Source: Eledone cirrhosa (Eukaryota). Taken from it: 64,000 nucleotides of DNA. The position numbers and the translations under genes were made by a program. Below the pieces are notes generated by a model, which was not told the origin of the DNA, made no database searches, and saw only the letters and a list, made by a program, of their open reading frames with translations. The stretch spans positions 18,352,001 through 18,416,000 of the forward strand of contig OZ024754.1 of assembly GCA_964016885.1 (NCBI GenBank), in the 5' to 3' direction. This document shows positions 15,986 to 29,826 of this stretch, piece by piece (position 1 is the first letter of the stretch; each line of letters starts with the position of its first letter).

Positions 15986-18900
15986 ATCATGGCTGCCATC
16001 CAGTGACAACCATTAGGGCTGCCATCCAGTGACCACCATTAGGGCTGCCATCCAGTGGCAACCATTAGGGCTGCCATCTAGTGACCACCATTAGGGCTGC
16101 CATCCAGTGACCAGCATCATGGCTGCCATCCAGTGACCACCATCATGGCTGCCATCCAGTGACCACCATTAGAGCTGCCATCCAATGACCACCATTAGGG
16201 CTGCCATCCAATGACCACCATTAGAGCTGCCATCCAATGACCACCATTAGGGCTGCCATCCAGTGACCAGCATTAGGGCTGCCATCCAATGACTACCATT
16301 AGGGCTGCCATCCAGTGACCACCATCATGGCTGCCATCCAGTGACCACCATCATGGCTGCCATCTAGTGACCACCATTAGGGCTGCCATCCAGTGACCAC
16401 CATTAGGGCTGCCATCCAGTGACCACCATTAGGGCTGCCATCCAGTGACCAGCATTAGGGCTGCCATCTAGTGACCACCATTAGGGCTGCCATCTAGTGA
16501 CCACCATTAGGGCTGCCATCCAATGACCACCATTAGGGCTGCCATCCAGTGACCAGCATCATGGCTGCCATCCAGTGACCACCATCATGGCTGCCATCTA
16601 GTGACCACCATTAGGGCTGCCATCCAGTGACCAACATCATGGCTGACATCCAGTGACCAGCATCATGGCTGCCATCCAGTGACCACCATCATGGCTGCCA
16701 TCCAGTGACCACCATTAGGGCTGCCATCCAGTGGCCAGCATCATGGCTGACATCCAGTGACCAGCATCATGGCTGCCATCCAGTGACCACCATCATGGCT
16801 GCCATCCAGTGACCACCATTAGGGCTGCCATCCAGTGACCAGCATCATGGCTGACATCCAGTGACCAGCATCATGGCTGCCATCCAGTGACCACCATCAT
16901 GGCTGCCATCCAGTGACCACCATTAGGGCTGCCATCCAGTGACCAGCATCATGGCTGCCATCCAGTGACCACCATCATGGCTGCCATCCAGTGACCACCA
17001 TCATGGCTGCCATCTAGTTACCACCATTAGGGCTGCCATCCAGTGACCACCATCATGACTGCCATCTAGTGACCAGCATCATGGCTGCCATCCAGTGACC
17101 ACCATTAGGGCTGCCATCCAGTGACCACCATTAGGGCTGCCATCCAGTGACCACCATCATGACTGCCATCTAGTGACCAGCATCATGGCTGCCATCCAGT
17201 GACCACCATTAGGGCTGCCATCCAGTGACCACCATCATGACTGCCATCTAGTGACCAGCATCATGGCTGCCATCCAGTGACCACCATTAGGGCTGCCATC
17301 CAGTGACCACCATTAGGGCTGCCATCTAGTGACCAGCATCATGGCTGCCATCTAGTGACCACCATCATGGCTGCAATCTAGTTACCACCATTAGGGCTGC
17401 CATCTAGTGACCAGCATCATGGCTGCCATCTAGTGACCACCATCATGGCTGCAATCTAGTTACCACCATTAGGGCTGCCATCCAGTGACCACCATCATGG
17501 CTGCCATCCAGTGACCACCATCATGGCTGCCATCCAGTGACCACCATTAGGGCTGCCATCCAGTGACCACCATTAGGGCTGCCATCTAGTGACCAGCATC
17601 ATGGCTGCCATCCAGTGACCACCATTAGGGCTGCCATCCAGTGACCACCATTAGGGCTGCCATCCAGTGACCAGCATCATGGCTGCCATCCAGTGACCAC
17701 CATTAGGGCTGCCATCCAGTGACCACCATTAGGGCTGCCATCTAGTGACCAGCATCATGGCTGCCATCTAGTTACCACCATCATGGCTGCCATCTAGTGA
17801 CCACCATCATGGCTGCCATCTAGTGACCACCATCATGGCTGCCATCTAGTGACCACCATTAGGGCTGCCATCTAGTGACCAGCATCATGGCTGCCATCTA
17901 GTGACCAGCATCATGGCTGCCATCTAGTGACCACCATCATGGCTGCCATCTAGTTACCACCATCATGGCTGCCATCTAGTGACCACCATTAGGGCTGCCA
18001 TCTAGTGACCAGCATCATGGCTGCCATCTAGTGACCACCATCATGGCTGCCATCTAGTTACCACCATCATGGCTGCCATCTAGTGACCACCATTAGGGCT
18101 GCCATCTAGTGACCAGCATTAGGGCTGCCATCTAGTGACCACCATCATGGCTGCCATCCAATGACCACCATTAGGGCTGCCATCTAGTGACCACCATCAT
18201 GGCTGCCATCTAGTGACCACCATTAGGGCTGCCATCTAGTGACCACCATTAGGGCTGCCATCTAGTGACCAGCATCATGGCTGCCATCTAGTTACCACCA
18301 TCATGGCTGCCATCTAGTGACCACCATTAGGGCTGCCATCTAGTGACCAGCATCATGGCTGCCATCTAGTGACCACCATCATGGCTGCCATCCAGTGACC
18401 ACCATTAGGGCTGCCATCCAGTGACCACCATTAGGGCTGCCATCCAGTTACCACCATCATGGCTGCCATCTAGTGACCACCATTAGGGCTGCCATCCAGT
18501 GACCACCATCATGGCTGCCATCTAGTGACCACCATCATGGCTGCCATCCAGTGACCACCATTAGGGCTGCCATCCAGTTACCACCATTAGGGCTGCCATC
18601 CAGTTACCACCATCATGGCTGCCATCTAGTGACCACCATCATGGCTGCCATCTAGTGACCACCATCATGGCTGCCATCCAGTTACCACCATCATGGCTGC
18701 CATCCAGTGACCACCATTAGGGCTGCCATCCAGTGACCAGCATCATGGCTGCCATCCAGTGACCACCATTAGGGCTGCCATCCAGTGACCAGCATCATGG
18801 CTGCCATCCAGTGACCACCATTAGGGCTGCCATCCAGTGACCACCATCATGGCTGCCATCCAGTGACCACCATCATGGCTGCCATCCAGTGACCACCATT

Positions 18901-20771
18901 AGGGCTGCCATCTAGTGACCAGCATTAGGGCTGCCATCTAGTGACCACCATTAGGGCTGCCATCTAGTGACCACCATCATGGCTGCCATCCAGTTACCAC
19001 CATTAGGGCTGCCATCCAGTGACCACCATTAGGGCTGCCATCCAGTGACCAGCATCATGGCTGCCATCCAGTGACCACCATCATGGCTGCCATCCAGTGA
19101 CCACCATCATGGCTGCCATCCAGTGACCACCATCATGGCTGCCATCCAGTGACCACCATTAGGGCTGCCATCCAGTGACCAGCATCATGGCTGCCATCCA
19201 GTGACCAGCATCATGGCTGCCATCTAGTGACCACCATCATGGCTGCCATCTAGTGACCACCATTAGGGCTGCCATCTAGTGACCACCATTAGGGCTGCCA
19301 TCCAGTGACCACCATCATGGCTGCCATCCAGTGACCAGCATCATGGCTGCCATCTAGTGACCACCATCATGGCTGCCATCTAGTGACCACCATTAGGGCT
19401 GCCATCTAGTGACCAGCATCATGGCTGCCATCTAGTGACCACCATCATGGCTGCCATCCAGTGACCACCATTAGGGCTGCCATCCAGTGACCACCATTAG
19501 GGCTGCCATCCAGTGACCAGCATCATGGCTGCCATCCAGTGACCACCATTAGGGCTGCCATCTAGTGACCAGCATCATAGCTGACATACAGTGACCAGCA
19601 TCATGGCTGACATCCAGTGACCACCATTAGGGCTGCCATCCAGTGACCACCATTAGGGCTGCCATCTAGTTACCACCATCATGGCTGCCATCTAGTGACC
19701 ACCATTAGGGCTGCCATCCAGTGACCACCATCATGGCTGCCATCCAGTGACCAGCATCATGGCTGCCATCTAGTGACCACCATCATGGCTGCCATCCAGT
19801 GACCACCATCATGGCTGCCATCTAGTGACCAGCATCATGGCTGCCATCTAGTGACCACCATCATGGCTGCCATCTAGTGACCACCATTAGGGCTGCCATC
19901 CAGTGACCAGCATTAGGGCTGCCATCTAGTGACCACCATCATGGCTGCCATCTAGTGACCACCATTAGGGCTGCCATCCAATGACCACCATTAGGGCTGC
20001 CATCTAGTGACCACCATCATGGCTGCCATCCAGTGACCACCATTAGGGCTGCCATCCAGTGACCAGCATCATGGCTGCCATCCAGTGACCAGCATCATGG
20101 CTGCCATCCAGTGACCACCATTAGGGCTGCCATCCAGTGACCACCATTAGGGCTGCCATCTAGTGACCACCATTAGGGCTGCCATCCAGTGACCACCATT
20201 AGGGCTGCCATCCAGTGACCAGCATCATGGCTGCCATCCAGTGACCACCATTAGGGCTGCCATCTAGTTACCACCATCATGGCTGCCATCTAGTTACCAC
20301 CATCATGGCTGCCATCCAGTGACCACCATTAGGGCTGCCATCCAGTGACCACCATTAGGGCTGCCATCCAGTGACCACCATTAGGGCTGCCATCTAGTGA
20401 CCACCATTAGGGCTGCCATCCAGTGACCAGCATCATGGCTGCCATCCAGTGACCACCATCATGGCTGCCATCCAGTGACCACCATCATGGCTGCCATCCA
20501 GTGACCAGCATCATAGCTGACATACAGTGACCAGCATCATGGCTGCCATCCAGTGACCAGCATCATGGCTGACATCCAGTGACCAGCATCATGGCTGCCA
20601 TCCAGTGACCAGCATCATGGCTGCCATCCAGTGACCACCATCATGGCTGCCATCCAGTGACCAGCATCATAGCTGACATACAGTGACCAGCATCATGGCT
20701 GACATCCAGTGACCAGCATCATGGCTGACATCCAGTGACCAGCATCATGGCTGACATCCAGTGACCAGCAT
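15986..20771. repeat. 4.8-kb minisatellite, 26-bp unit GCTGCCATC(C/T)AGT(G/T)ACCA(C/G)CAT(TAGG/CATG), about 184 units
   Basis: Directly visible tandem array with interspersed variant units. Confidence 0.97.
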
Positions 20772-20989
20772 ACTACCACAACCCTAACCTAAAAGAAGCT
20801 GCTTCGTAAGGAATGCAGACATGACCAGCAACAGTTCAACAAGAGAGACTGTGTAGAAAACAAAATGTTTTCCTCCACAGAAAGTTATCTGTTCAATTGG
20901 AAAGGCTGGATGTTTCCAGATAGATTTGACATGGAGAAATTAACATAACTTCGTGTGAGATATAGGGAGCAATGGTAGGGACTGATACA

Positions 20990-21210
20990 GTAAGAGATAA
21001 GGGAGAAATAAGGAGAGAGAAAGGGAGAGAGATGAGGGGAAATATTAAGAGAAACAGAAAAATAGAGGAAGACAGAGAGGGAAAGGAAGAGTTGAAGAGA
21101 GAGAAAAAGGAAGAGTCGAAGAGAGAGAGAGAAAGGAAGAGTCGAAGAGAGAGAGAGAGAGGGAAAGGAAGAGTTGAAGAAAGAAGGGGAAAAAAAGGAC
21201 AATGAAGGTA
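20990..21210. repeat. GA-rich polypurine tract
   Basis: Directly visible. Confidence 0.8.
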
Positions 21211-21410
21211 AAAAAATAAGTTTGACCTCAAACTTAATCACATCTGCTATTTCTAGCAGGTCAAGTGATAGAATATTTTAGAATCTTTCTTTATCTCCTA
21301 CTAACATTCCTTTTCAATTTTCTGCCCTCATCTCCTTTCTTGACTTCAACACTAACTCCACCTCCTACTCCCTCTTTCTAGCTCCATTTTATATATATAT
21401 ATATATATGT

Positions 21411-21686
21411 GTGTGAGTTCAATTCTCAGACCAGGTGATGTGTTGTTTCCTTGAGCAAGACACTTTATTTCACATTGCTCCAGTTTACTCAGCTGTAGAA
21501 ATGAGATGATAGGGACTGGGGTCCCTATCATTCCACTGCAAAAAAGCACCCAGCACTCACTGTAAATGAGGTTGGTGTTGGGAAGGGCATCCAGCTGTAG
21601 AAATCAAGCCAGAATCAGTTCCCGTCCCACCCTTGCAAGCAGGGAAAAAGCGGACGTAAAATGAAATGATGATGAATGATGATGAT
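21411..21686 (+). mobile_element. SINE family A copy, 5'-truncated with an internal deletion
   Basis: Matches 41570-41860 but lacks the GTGGTCGTGGAGGTGCCACGG block. Confidence 0.9.
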
Positions 21687-21694
21687 ATACAAAT

Positions 21695-21892
21695 AAAGAT
21701 TCAGCGAGAATCGCATTTCGGCAGGCAGGAAAGGCGAAGCGAAACGCAAAAATCAGAAATGATACTGGCAAAGTGCTCAATAGTTAAAAACCAGAGCTAA
21801 ACAATGCATCAAGAAAGCATTAACCACCCAAGCCAAAAACCAAATCAAGCTAAACAGGTCAAAACAAAATAAATGATAAAAAATAAATATAT
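21695..21892 (-). repeat. Unclassified interspersed repeat (inverted homolog of 40425-40645)
   Basis: TTCAGCGAGAAT.GC.TTTCGGCAGG and AATCAAGCTAAACAGGTC..ACAAAATAAATGATAAAA match the reverse complement of 40425-40640. Confidence 0.75.
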
Positions 21893-22005
21893 ATATATAT
21901 AAAAGTAGGGTCAAAAAATAAAAAAACATAAAGTGCTTATCTATTGAGTTCTCAGAAAGGTGGGCATGACAAGTAATATTATAAACACTCGACATACACA
22001 CACAC

Positions 22006-22036
<31 letters not shown>

Positions 22037-22344
22037 TGTGATGAGATGATTAAAAACTCAAACATCTATGATTATATGTTTGCTCAATCAGGGGTGACCT
22101 GGGGCTAAACACCAACAGCAGTCTGCACTCTAAGCACAGAGAGGACTCTTCGGTTGGGTCATGAACAGAACAACATTCCTACAATAAAATGAACACCCTG
22201 AAGAGTGTGGGAACACATGTAATGAAGATGTGACCCTAACCCATCTAAGAGTTCAGTGGCTCTGATTAAGTACTAACTTGGATTTTAATAACCTATTCAA
22301 CCCTTCATAGCTGGAAAATCAATATTGAATAATATTAGTTTCTG

Positions 22345-22590
22345 ATTTAGGCACAAAGCTAGCTTTTTTCTTTGTGGAGGGGGGGGGGGGGGTGATTAAA
22401 TCAACCCCAGCGCGTGACTGGTACTTTATTTTATCGGCAGGTTTTGAGCTCAGAACGTAAAGGGCTGCAACTCTATGCTACAAAGCATGGTGTCTGACAT
22501 TCAACCTATACATTTGGCACAAGGCCAGCAATTATCGCAGTGCATTACTGGTACTTTTATTTTATTGACCCCATAAGGACGAAAGGCAAA
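22345..22590 (-). mobile_element. Degenerate SINE family B-related fragments
   Basis: GGCACAAGGCCAGCAATT, CTGGTACTTTATTTTATCG and GACCCCATAAGGACGAAAGGCAAA are reverse complements of the family B body. Confidence 0.65.
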
Positions 22591-23164
22591 TCCAGTAATA
22601 ATATCTTAAATTATATATAATGAAATAGAGTATTTTACTTATTAGCAAATATTTTGCTGTGTCTATCCACATTAGACACACCATATCCCTGAGTTCAAAG
22701 AAGTAACTAAAGGGGATGGCACTAAAAAGGGCATCCAGCCATAAAAAAACCCCATGGTGAGTATGTGACCAGTTATTGGGCCCCACAAGACCAAGCCCTG
22801 CTTTAGCAGAGAGAGTTCCTCAAAACACTTGTACTTAATAGAAAGAAAAAAAAAGTCAATTTAAATTATTCCGATTTATTGAAGATATTACCAAAAATAA
22901 AAGCCATTATTTTTCTTGGAAATCTCCCAAATGAAAATAAACTGTGATTAAAGAACCATTCCCACTCTTTAGTTTGTTTCCAAACAATGTTTAAACTTCT
23001 TTGCCTGAGGCATTTTAATTCTGTAACAGAGAAAAGCATGAAATCTGAAAGAATAACATGAAACTAAACAATACCACTTCTCAGTTTATGATAGGAAATA
23101 TTTAACATTGGTAACATAAGGAGTTAACACTTTCATGGCTGCACTTTTAATGAAATATGCTCTA

Positions 23165-23553
23165 TTTTAATTAATTAATGAAGAATTCTGAGGGATTTAC
23201 TAAAATTATTAATTATTTCATTACTAAGATAGTAACTTAACGTGAGGTTCTTATATAAAATTATGTTGGAAGATTTAAATATAAAGTGGAAACCTTTAAA
23301 ATGGGTGGTTTCATTTCATAGAACCAGAGCTGGTTTTGACCAGGTTGGTAATTAAAGGGTTAATTAATTAAGAATTTTGAGGGATTTATTTAAATCCTTA
23401 ATTATTTCATCACTAAGATAGTAACTTAATGTAAGGCTCTTATATGAAATTATGTTGGAATATTTTAATTTAAACTGGTAACCTTTAAAATGGGTGATTT
23501 TATTTCATAGAACCAGAGCCAGTTTTGGTCAGGTTGGTAATTAAAGGGTTAAA
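23165..23553. repeat. Tandem duplication of a ~190-bp MITE end (..GGTAATTAAAGGGTTAA)
   Basis: Two diverged colinear copies (~23165-23363 and ~23364-23553), both ending AGGG-TTAA. Confidence 0.75.
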
Positions 23554-24397
23554 CAATACAGTTTGGCTTCTAGAGTAACATATTTGGGGTTTTGTTTTGT
23601 TGTTTTGTTTACAATTTACAGTTATATTTTTTTAATGAAATATCTGCTGGTTTTATAAAAAGAATCATGAAGATATTTATATAATTGCTAACAGAATACA
23701 AATTAGACAACAAATTTATTTGCTTCTCTCTAATAAGATTACAATGACAAGTCATCAAAATGTCAAACAGAATGTCCCCACCCCCTATTCATCCCTGCTC
23801 TCTGCACTCTGAGTTCCAATCCCACTGAGGTCAACTCTGCCTTTCATTCTTTCGGGATTGATTTTAAAAAAAATACCCATCCAGTACTGGGATTGATTCT
23901 TCTTGGATTCTTTTTCTATATCGTATTCTCACTTCTTCTCTATTCTATAGATATTCTATATCTTATTCTCACTTCAGTCTCTCTTTCCTTTTCTGAAAGA
24001 GATCAGCTGTGTTCAGGTCTGGAGAGGAGATGGACTCTGCCAGGTATAAGATAACCAAGACATACTCTTTGTCACTACAAAGCCCCTATGATTCCATCTG
24101 GAGTTAGGGATCCATTTATTACATTATTAAGATTAAATCTTACTCTTTTGCCATCATAATATTTTGCAAACTATTATCAATAACTCATTACAAAAATATG
24201 AAGTCTAAACCATTGATACCAAACCACCAGAAGTTGTCCTCAGTTCTACAATACAAAATACTGTTTGGTCATTTTTATCTAAAAAGCTTCCATCATAATT
24301 TTGTGTAAAAATGTTTAAGTTGCTCTAAACACTAGTTTAATAATAAGTTAATTAGTAGTATTATTAAATCCGTCCAAAATCATTATTTATAAAAATA

Positions 24398-24583
24398 GGG
24401 CGGCGGATTGGCAGTATCAGTAGAGGGTCGGATGCCATGCTTTCCAGCATAGTTACGTCCCTTTACGATCTGAGTTCAAATCCCGCCGAGGTTGACTTTG
24501 CCTTTCATCCTTACGGGGTCGATAAAATAAAGTACTAGTAATGCACTGGGTAATTGCTGGCCTTGTGCCTAAAGTAGAAACAA
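24398..24583 (+). mobile_element. SINE family B copy
   Basis: Full head and body; ATTATTTATAAAA repeated on both flanks (TSD). Confidence 0.9.
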
Positions 24584-26242
24584 TTATTTATAAAATGATT
24601 TGTAAATGGTATGCAGTAATGAAAGGGTTAATAGAAGGTTGTCTCTTATTGGCTGTTTCTTCTGAATTGTTCACATTCAAATATTAGCAGATCAATAAAG
24701 AGAAATATATTTATTACTGGCGACATTTTAATTACTTCAGTCAGCCTAGATGTAAAACAAAGAACTAGTATATCTTGAGGGCAAACATAGAAGATTCCAT
24801 CTAAATGAGAGAGAGAGAGCAGAACTATTGACTGTCATTGAAACCAGAGAAGCATGGTCTTTGAACCATTTACTTTCCAACAGTCAATCTAGCAAAAGGA
24901 AATGGCTCTAAGATTTATGGTAAACCTCTGTATTGGAAGTGTGAGATTGTTAAGTGAAGTGAGAAGCTAATCCATATTTTATTATGTGTAAAACTTTAAA
25001 CACAAAATTCCAAACAAGGACTGAACATAATAGAATCAAATTCCCATTATCACTGCCTCCATCTCTCTCGCTCTCCCCATCTCTCATAGTTATAAGCAAA
25101 TGGGAGCTCACGGGCTGGTCGCTCCATGGCCCCAGCGGACAGAATAGAGAAGGCATTTCTCCGGAGGATGGTGAGGGAGACACGTTGGAAGTGCCATTCT
25201 AGCTGACGAGGGTAACACTTGCAGGTAGCCAACTCCATGCCAATGGTGATCCTAGGGCCAAGGCCACCAGAAGTCTCTAAACCAAGGAAACTATGTTTCT
25301 ACTGGTCTTTCCATTGCTGATATTATCTGTTGGTTACAACTCTTGGCAAAAACATCACCACGTACCCAGTGACAGGAAGCAGGGTATCAACTCCTACAAT
25401 GCAGTATCTATCAGAAAAGATATGGTAAAGCATCCTATCCAATAATTTAATAATTCTGCCAATCCACTGTTCTTGAACTGCTATTTTATTGACCTCAGCC
25501 AGATTAAAGAAAAAGTTGACCATGGTAGGATTTGAACTCAAGACAGCCAAAACAAATACCAAGGCCTCTTGATACATCTCACTTATATATTCTCATACTC
25601 TACAGCGTGTACTGAGTGTATATTATCATGACACCAGCACTGAGGGGAAAGAAGACAGTGCCATGTCTTTTTATATAACTCAAGATCACTCTTGATCTTT
25701 TGTTTAGCAGGTTATCTATGGTTGAATGCCTTTCCAATCACCAAATATTTTACAGAATGTACTAGGTGCATTTCATCATGGCACCAACACTAGAGAGGTT
25801 GTCATGCCCTTGACATAGCTAAAGAGTGCCCTCAATTCATTTTTGCATGGTTTCTATAGATAGATGAATGTGCTCTCTACGACCAACTATTGGGTGCATC
25901 CTGAAAAATTAAATATTTGTATGAATTGTTACAACAAATATTTTTATGCCAAAGGAGGAAAATATACATGATACTGATTACATTCCTCAACTGTAGGGAG
26001 AAAACCTCTTCCACCAAAATAACTGGTACTAATTCTGTCACAACAAATTGTAACAGTAATTCAAGTTCTGCAGAAGTAACACATTTTTGATGACTATAAA
26101 TAATGTCAAAGATAATTGATTTTAGTTTAATATGTAGACAAATCGACAGTAGCTGCTTTGTTTTCTTTATATAATGAAAAAAAGTATTTAAAAAATATCA
26201 ATATTTAAAACAGGCTTCACGTGATAAATAAAGAGTTAATGT

Positions 26243-26512
26243 CTGCCTGAAACCCTGGGGTTCATCAGACCAGATCTTATTCTGTTTAATTGGGGTTATT
26301 TGACAGAGTTTGTCTCAAACCCAGGGCCTTATCAGGCAAGATCTTATTCTGTTTTAATTGGGGTTATGTGACAAAGTTTGTCTCAAACCCAGGGCCTTAT
26401 CAGTCAAGATCTTATTCTGTTTTAATTGGGGTTATGTGACAGAGTTTGTCTGAAACCCAGGGCCTTATCAGACAAGATCTTATTCTGGTTTCATTAGGGC
26501 TAAGTGACAAAG
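26243..26512. repeat. 68-bp tandem repeat, about 4 copies
   Basis: TGTCTCAAACCCAGGGCCTTATCAG recurs at 26311, 26379 and ~26448. Confidence 0.9.
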
Positions 26513-26979
26513 TTCAAGACAAGATACCAGACGATCAAAAGGTTTAACCCCCAGCTGCTGCTGGTACTCATGGTTTTCTATTATTCTTTTCAATTGAACT
26601 GGAGCAAGGTGAAACTAAATATGTTGCTCAAGGTTATATAACACATCATCCACTCCAGAAATCAAAGCCACAAACATAGGGTGCTTGTGTGGCTTCACAT
26701 CACTTTAAGTGGTGTGCAATCAATCATATGTCTGTACGTTCAGAAGAAAAACCATTAATTAAATGGAATGATGGAAACGTTATATGCTTGTTAAAGAAAC
26801 TATCTGAAGTATCATTGTTTTATGAGCATTTACTATGTTGGCATGTGTTGGATGGCCTCGTCCAAGGATAAATGATCAATATTTTCAACATACAGCTGAT
26901 CATAGTTAGGGTCAATCATAACAAAACTCCTCCATTTTCTGATGCTAAATGAATTTAGAGATGGAATTAACTATGTTGG

Positions 26980-27150
26980 ACAGATTTTTCAAACAAATCC
27001 AACCAGTAAGAGACCCAGGAGTTGACCCCGAGCAAGATGGTTGGATAAAATCCATGATTCAACTGGATCAATTGGAGATGGTTGCTTCTGACAGTACTTG
27101 CTGGAAGGAATGTTTGAGGACTCTCTCTCCACAATCCTCCCAGGAATAAG
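26980..27150 (+). mobile_element. RTE-clade LINE 3' fragment
   Basis: DQLEMVASDSTCWKECLRTL matches the minus-strand fragment at 61450-61790 (DQLEMVASERTCWRECWRTL). Confidence 0.65.
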
Positions 27151-27464
27151 TGAGTGAAGAAGAAAAAGAATTGACAATGCAGCTATATTGGTAAGGAATA
27201 ATGCTTTGTATGTGTCCGTGAATCAGATATGAGAGATATTTTAGAATGATATTGTGTTAGTGTTCTGTAATGGATACACATAGGCATTTGTAGATTAAAA
27301 TTAGTGCTTGCAGGTATTGGTTTAGTTGCAGCATATTTGATTGCAGGCAGTGACGCAGTTGTGGCGTATAATGGCCAGCAACATAACACATGAAAAAATA
27401 GAAAAGTCCAATCTATATTTGCAGTACAAAACAGCATTAAATAAACAATTTTTTTAAATCTTCA

Positions 27465-27616
27465 GCTTCCATGGAAGTTACCTCAGTTTCCAGGGAAGTT
27501 TATCCGTTTCCAGAGAAGTTTATCCCAGTTTCCAGAGAAGTTTACCCCAGTTTCCAGGGAAATGTATCCCAGTTTCTAGGGAAGTTGTCCCAGTTTACAG
27601 TAAAGTTTATCCCAGT
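27465..27616. repeat. ~22-bp tandem repeat AGTTTATCCCAGTTTCCAG.GA
   Basis: About 7 degenerate copies visible. Confidence 0.8.
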
Positions 27617-29525
27617 GGCAACTTGTGGATTTAAAATGATTCAATCTACATATAAAACAGTATTGTGAATGTATGGCAGATATAAAATGAACAATTGAGG
27701 GAGACAACTGTCTCACTGCCGAAAAATATAAAATACTCCAGTAATTGTGTTAGTGCTTGATTGAAATGGTTATAAACCACTTATATGGAAAAAGAAGAAA
27801 AGAAAAAGAAAAAAGAACAAAGAACAAAGGAAAAAAAACAAAACAATAGTTTGAAGAAAAGCTTTCTCTTTCGTAATTGTATTTGTTTGGCAAGTGACTT
27901 GATCAGACAGTGTTTGTTGAAACTAGCAACTACATCATGGAAGAGTATTTTAAGCATTCAAAAACACACAAAAACTGTTTAACTTCATTTTACATTTATT
28001 TCATGTAAAGATTTTCATTGCACTACTTACGGCCTGATATTGGTGGAACTGTGTCAATGACAGTGCAACGAAAATTTTGACACTAAGAAATAAATGATAA
28101 ATGAAAGTAAAGTTAAAGGTTTTTGTATGTCTAGATTGACTTTCTCATGATATACTTTATATACTCGAATATATTCTGACCCCATATTTTATGTCTGAGA
28201 AATGGGAAAAATTCCAAACCCCGCTTATAAGCCGAGGCAGCTAATCAACATATGTTTAGATGGTTTGGTTTTGAAATTCTCATGAGTATCAAATACATTT
28301 ATGAAGTTTTAAAATTTTGATGTTTAAAATGTGTTAACTCCATTGCATAATGAGTTTCGATTATGTTAAGTTTCAGCAAGTTTCTTGAATTTTTGTTTAC
28401 TTCTGGCCACTCACAGGCTAGGTGAGCTTTGAACGCAAGAGATCGAATAAGAAAGAGGGAGCAACAGCAAGTGAGAGATAGGAGAATTAGAGAGAGTGAG
28501 AGCAATAAACACAAGTCAAAAGATATCAATCTTACATAAACAACACCAATGACAATGTTGTAAATGTAGAAAAACAGTGTTTCATTGTAAAATAATCACT
28601 CCAGATATTTGAGCACCATTTTTATGTAGAATTTGAAGTTTTATTTTGGGTCAAGTGCTTCTACCGAGAATGTGGCAGGGAGATGAAGTTTGTGGGGCCT
28701 GTAGTAATGTCAATTCATTAATAAAATGTTTCAAAAATTCATACATTTGTATGAATTGTTGTTGAAACATACAGATACATGTATATACTAACCATTCAAT
28801 TGAGTCATTGTATATTTATATATATTTTTAGTGTGAAGCAATATCGTTGTCAATCATAATAGGAAGCAACTAAAAAGGTTGGAACCAGGAAGTGCATCTT
28901 GTTGTAAAACATTACCTTTAAAAAAAAAGACCTCATTAAGTGTGATTAAGCACATCATAAGGGCCTGCAAGGTTAACATGTGCTATAGCAAGGAAAATGG
29001 TCTTAATGGTCTTGTATTCAACATCAGTGATATCCAATGATGAGTATTTCAGCTGATACACTCAACTAACCAGCCTGCTCATGAAAGTGGCTGAGCATTG
29101 CACAGACATGTGTACCCTAAACATAATTCTCAAGGAGATTCAGCATGACACGGTATGTAACAAAGCTGGACTTTTGAATTACAGGTACAACTCAATTTTT
29201 CCAGCTTGATTGATTAAAGCAAAGTAAAATAACACAAGGACACAATGCATTCAAACTCACAAACTTATGATTGAAGTCATGTGGCTTCACAATGCTCCAG
29301 TACTTTTATTTGACCTAGCCACCCACACACACATAAATCAATTGCTTCTTTATTGAGAGAAAGTAAATAATATAACAGTCAATATAACTTACCTAAACTA
29401 TCAACTTTTGTTTGCACTCATGAGTCTTTAGCAGAGTTAATACATTGAAATCTGGAAGAAAAAAGAAAAACAAACAAATTTAATAAAATATTTCAAAAAC
29501 AGCAGCACTTGTTTTAATTTACATA

Positions 29526-29681
29526 CAGTGAAATTCCGTTATAACGAAATTCATGGGGTAAAAAAAAATTTGTTGTAACGAAAAATTCTTTATAACGAGA
29601 TTAACCAAAACACATTGAGCATTTGTTTGGATTGAAAAATATTTTGTTATAAAGATATTCGTAATAACAGAATTTTACCTG
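29526..29681. mobile_element. Tc1/mariner-pogo (Tigger-like) MITE
   Basis: TA|CAGTGAAATTCCGTTATAACGAA ... TTCGTAATAACAGAATTTTACCTG|TA: imperfect TIRs with a TA target. Confidence 0.75.
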
Positions 29682-29744
29682 TATTTGTTCTTCTTTAACT
29701 GGTTTCAGTTATAAGATTTATGCAATATTTCAGCACCACATTTA

Positions 29745-29826
29745 ATCATATCAACCCCAGAACTTGATCGTATCAACCCCAGAACTTGATCATATCAACC
29801 CCAGAACTTGATCATATCAACCCCAG
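29745..29826. repeat. 22-bp tandem repeat TCATATCAACCCCAGAACTTGA, about 4 copies
   Basis: Directly visible. Confidence 0.9.

Noticed and set aside
15986-20771. CRISPR-like array or true telomere
   Set aside because: No unique spacers or cas genes, eukaryotic context; TTAGGG is never tandem.
25100-25300. GC-richer island containing CTGACGAG
   Set aside because: No properly placed GAAA or stems; origin unrecognised.
28160-28245. Possible Tc2/pogo MITE end (ATACTCGAATATA..TATAAGCCGAGG)
   Set aside because: No matching second TIR identified.
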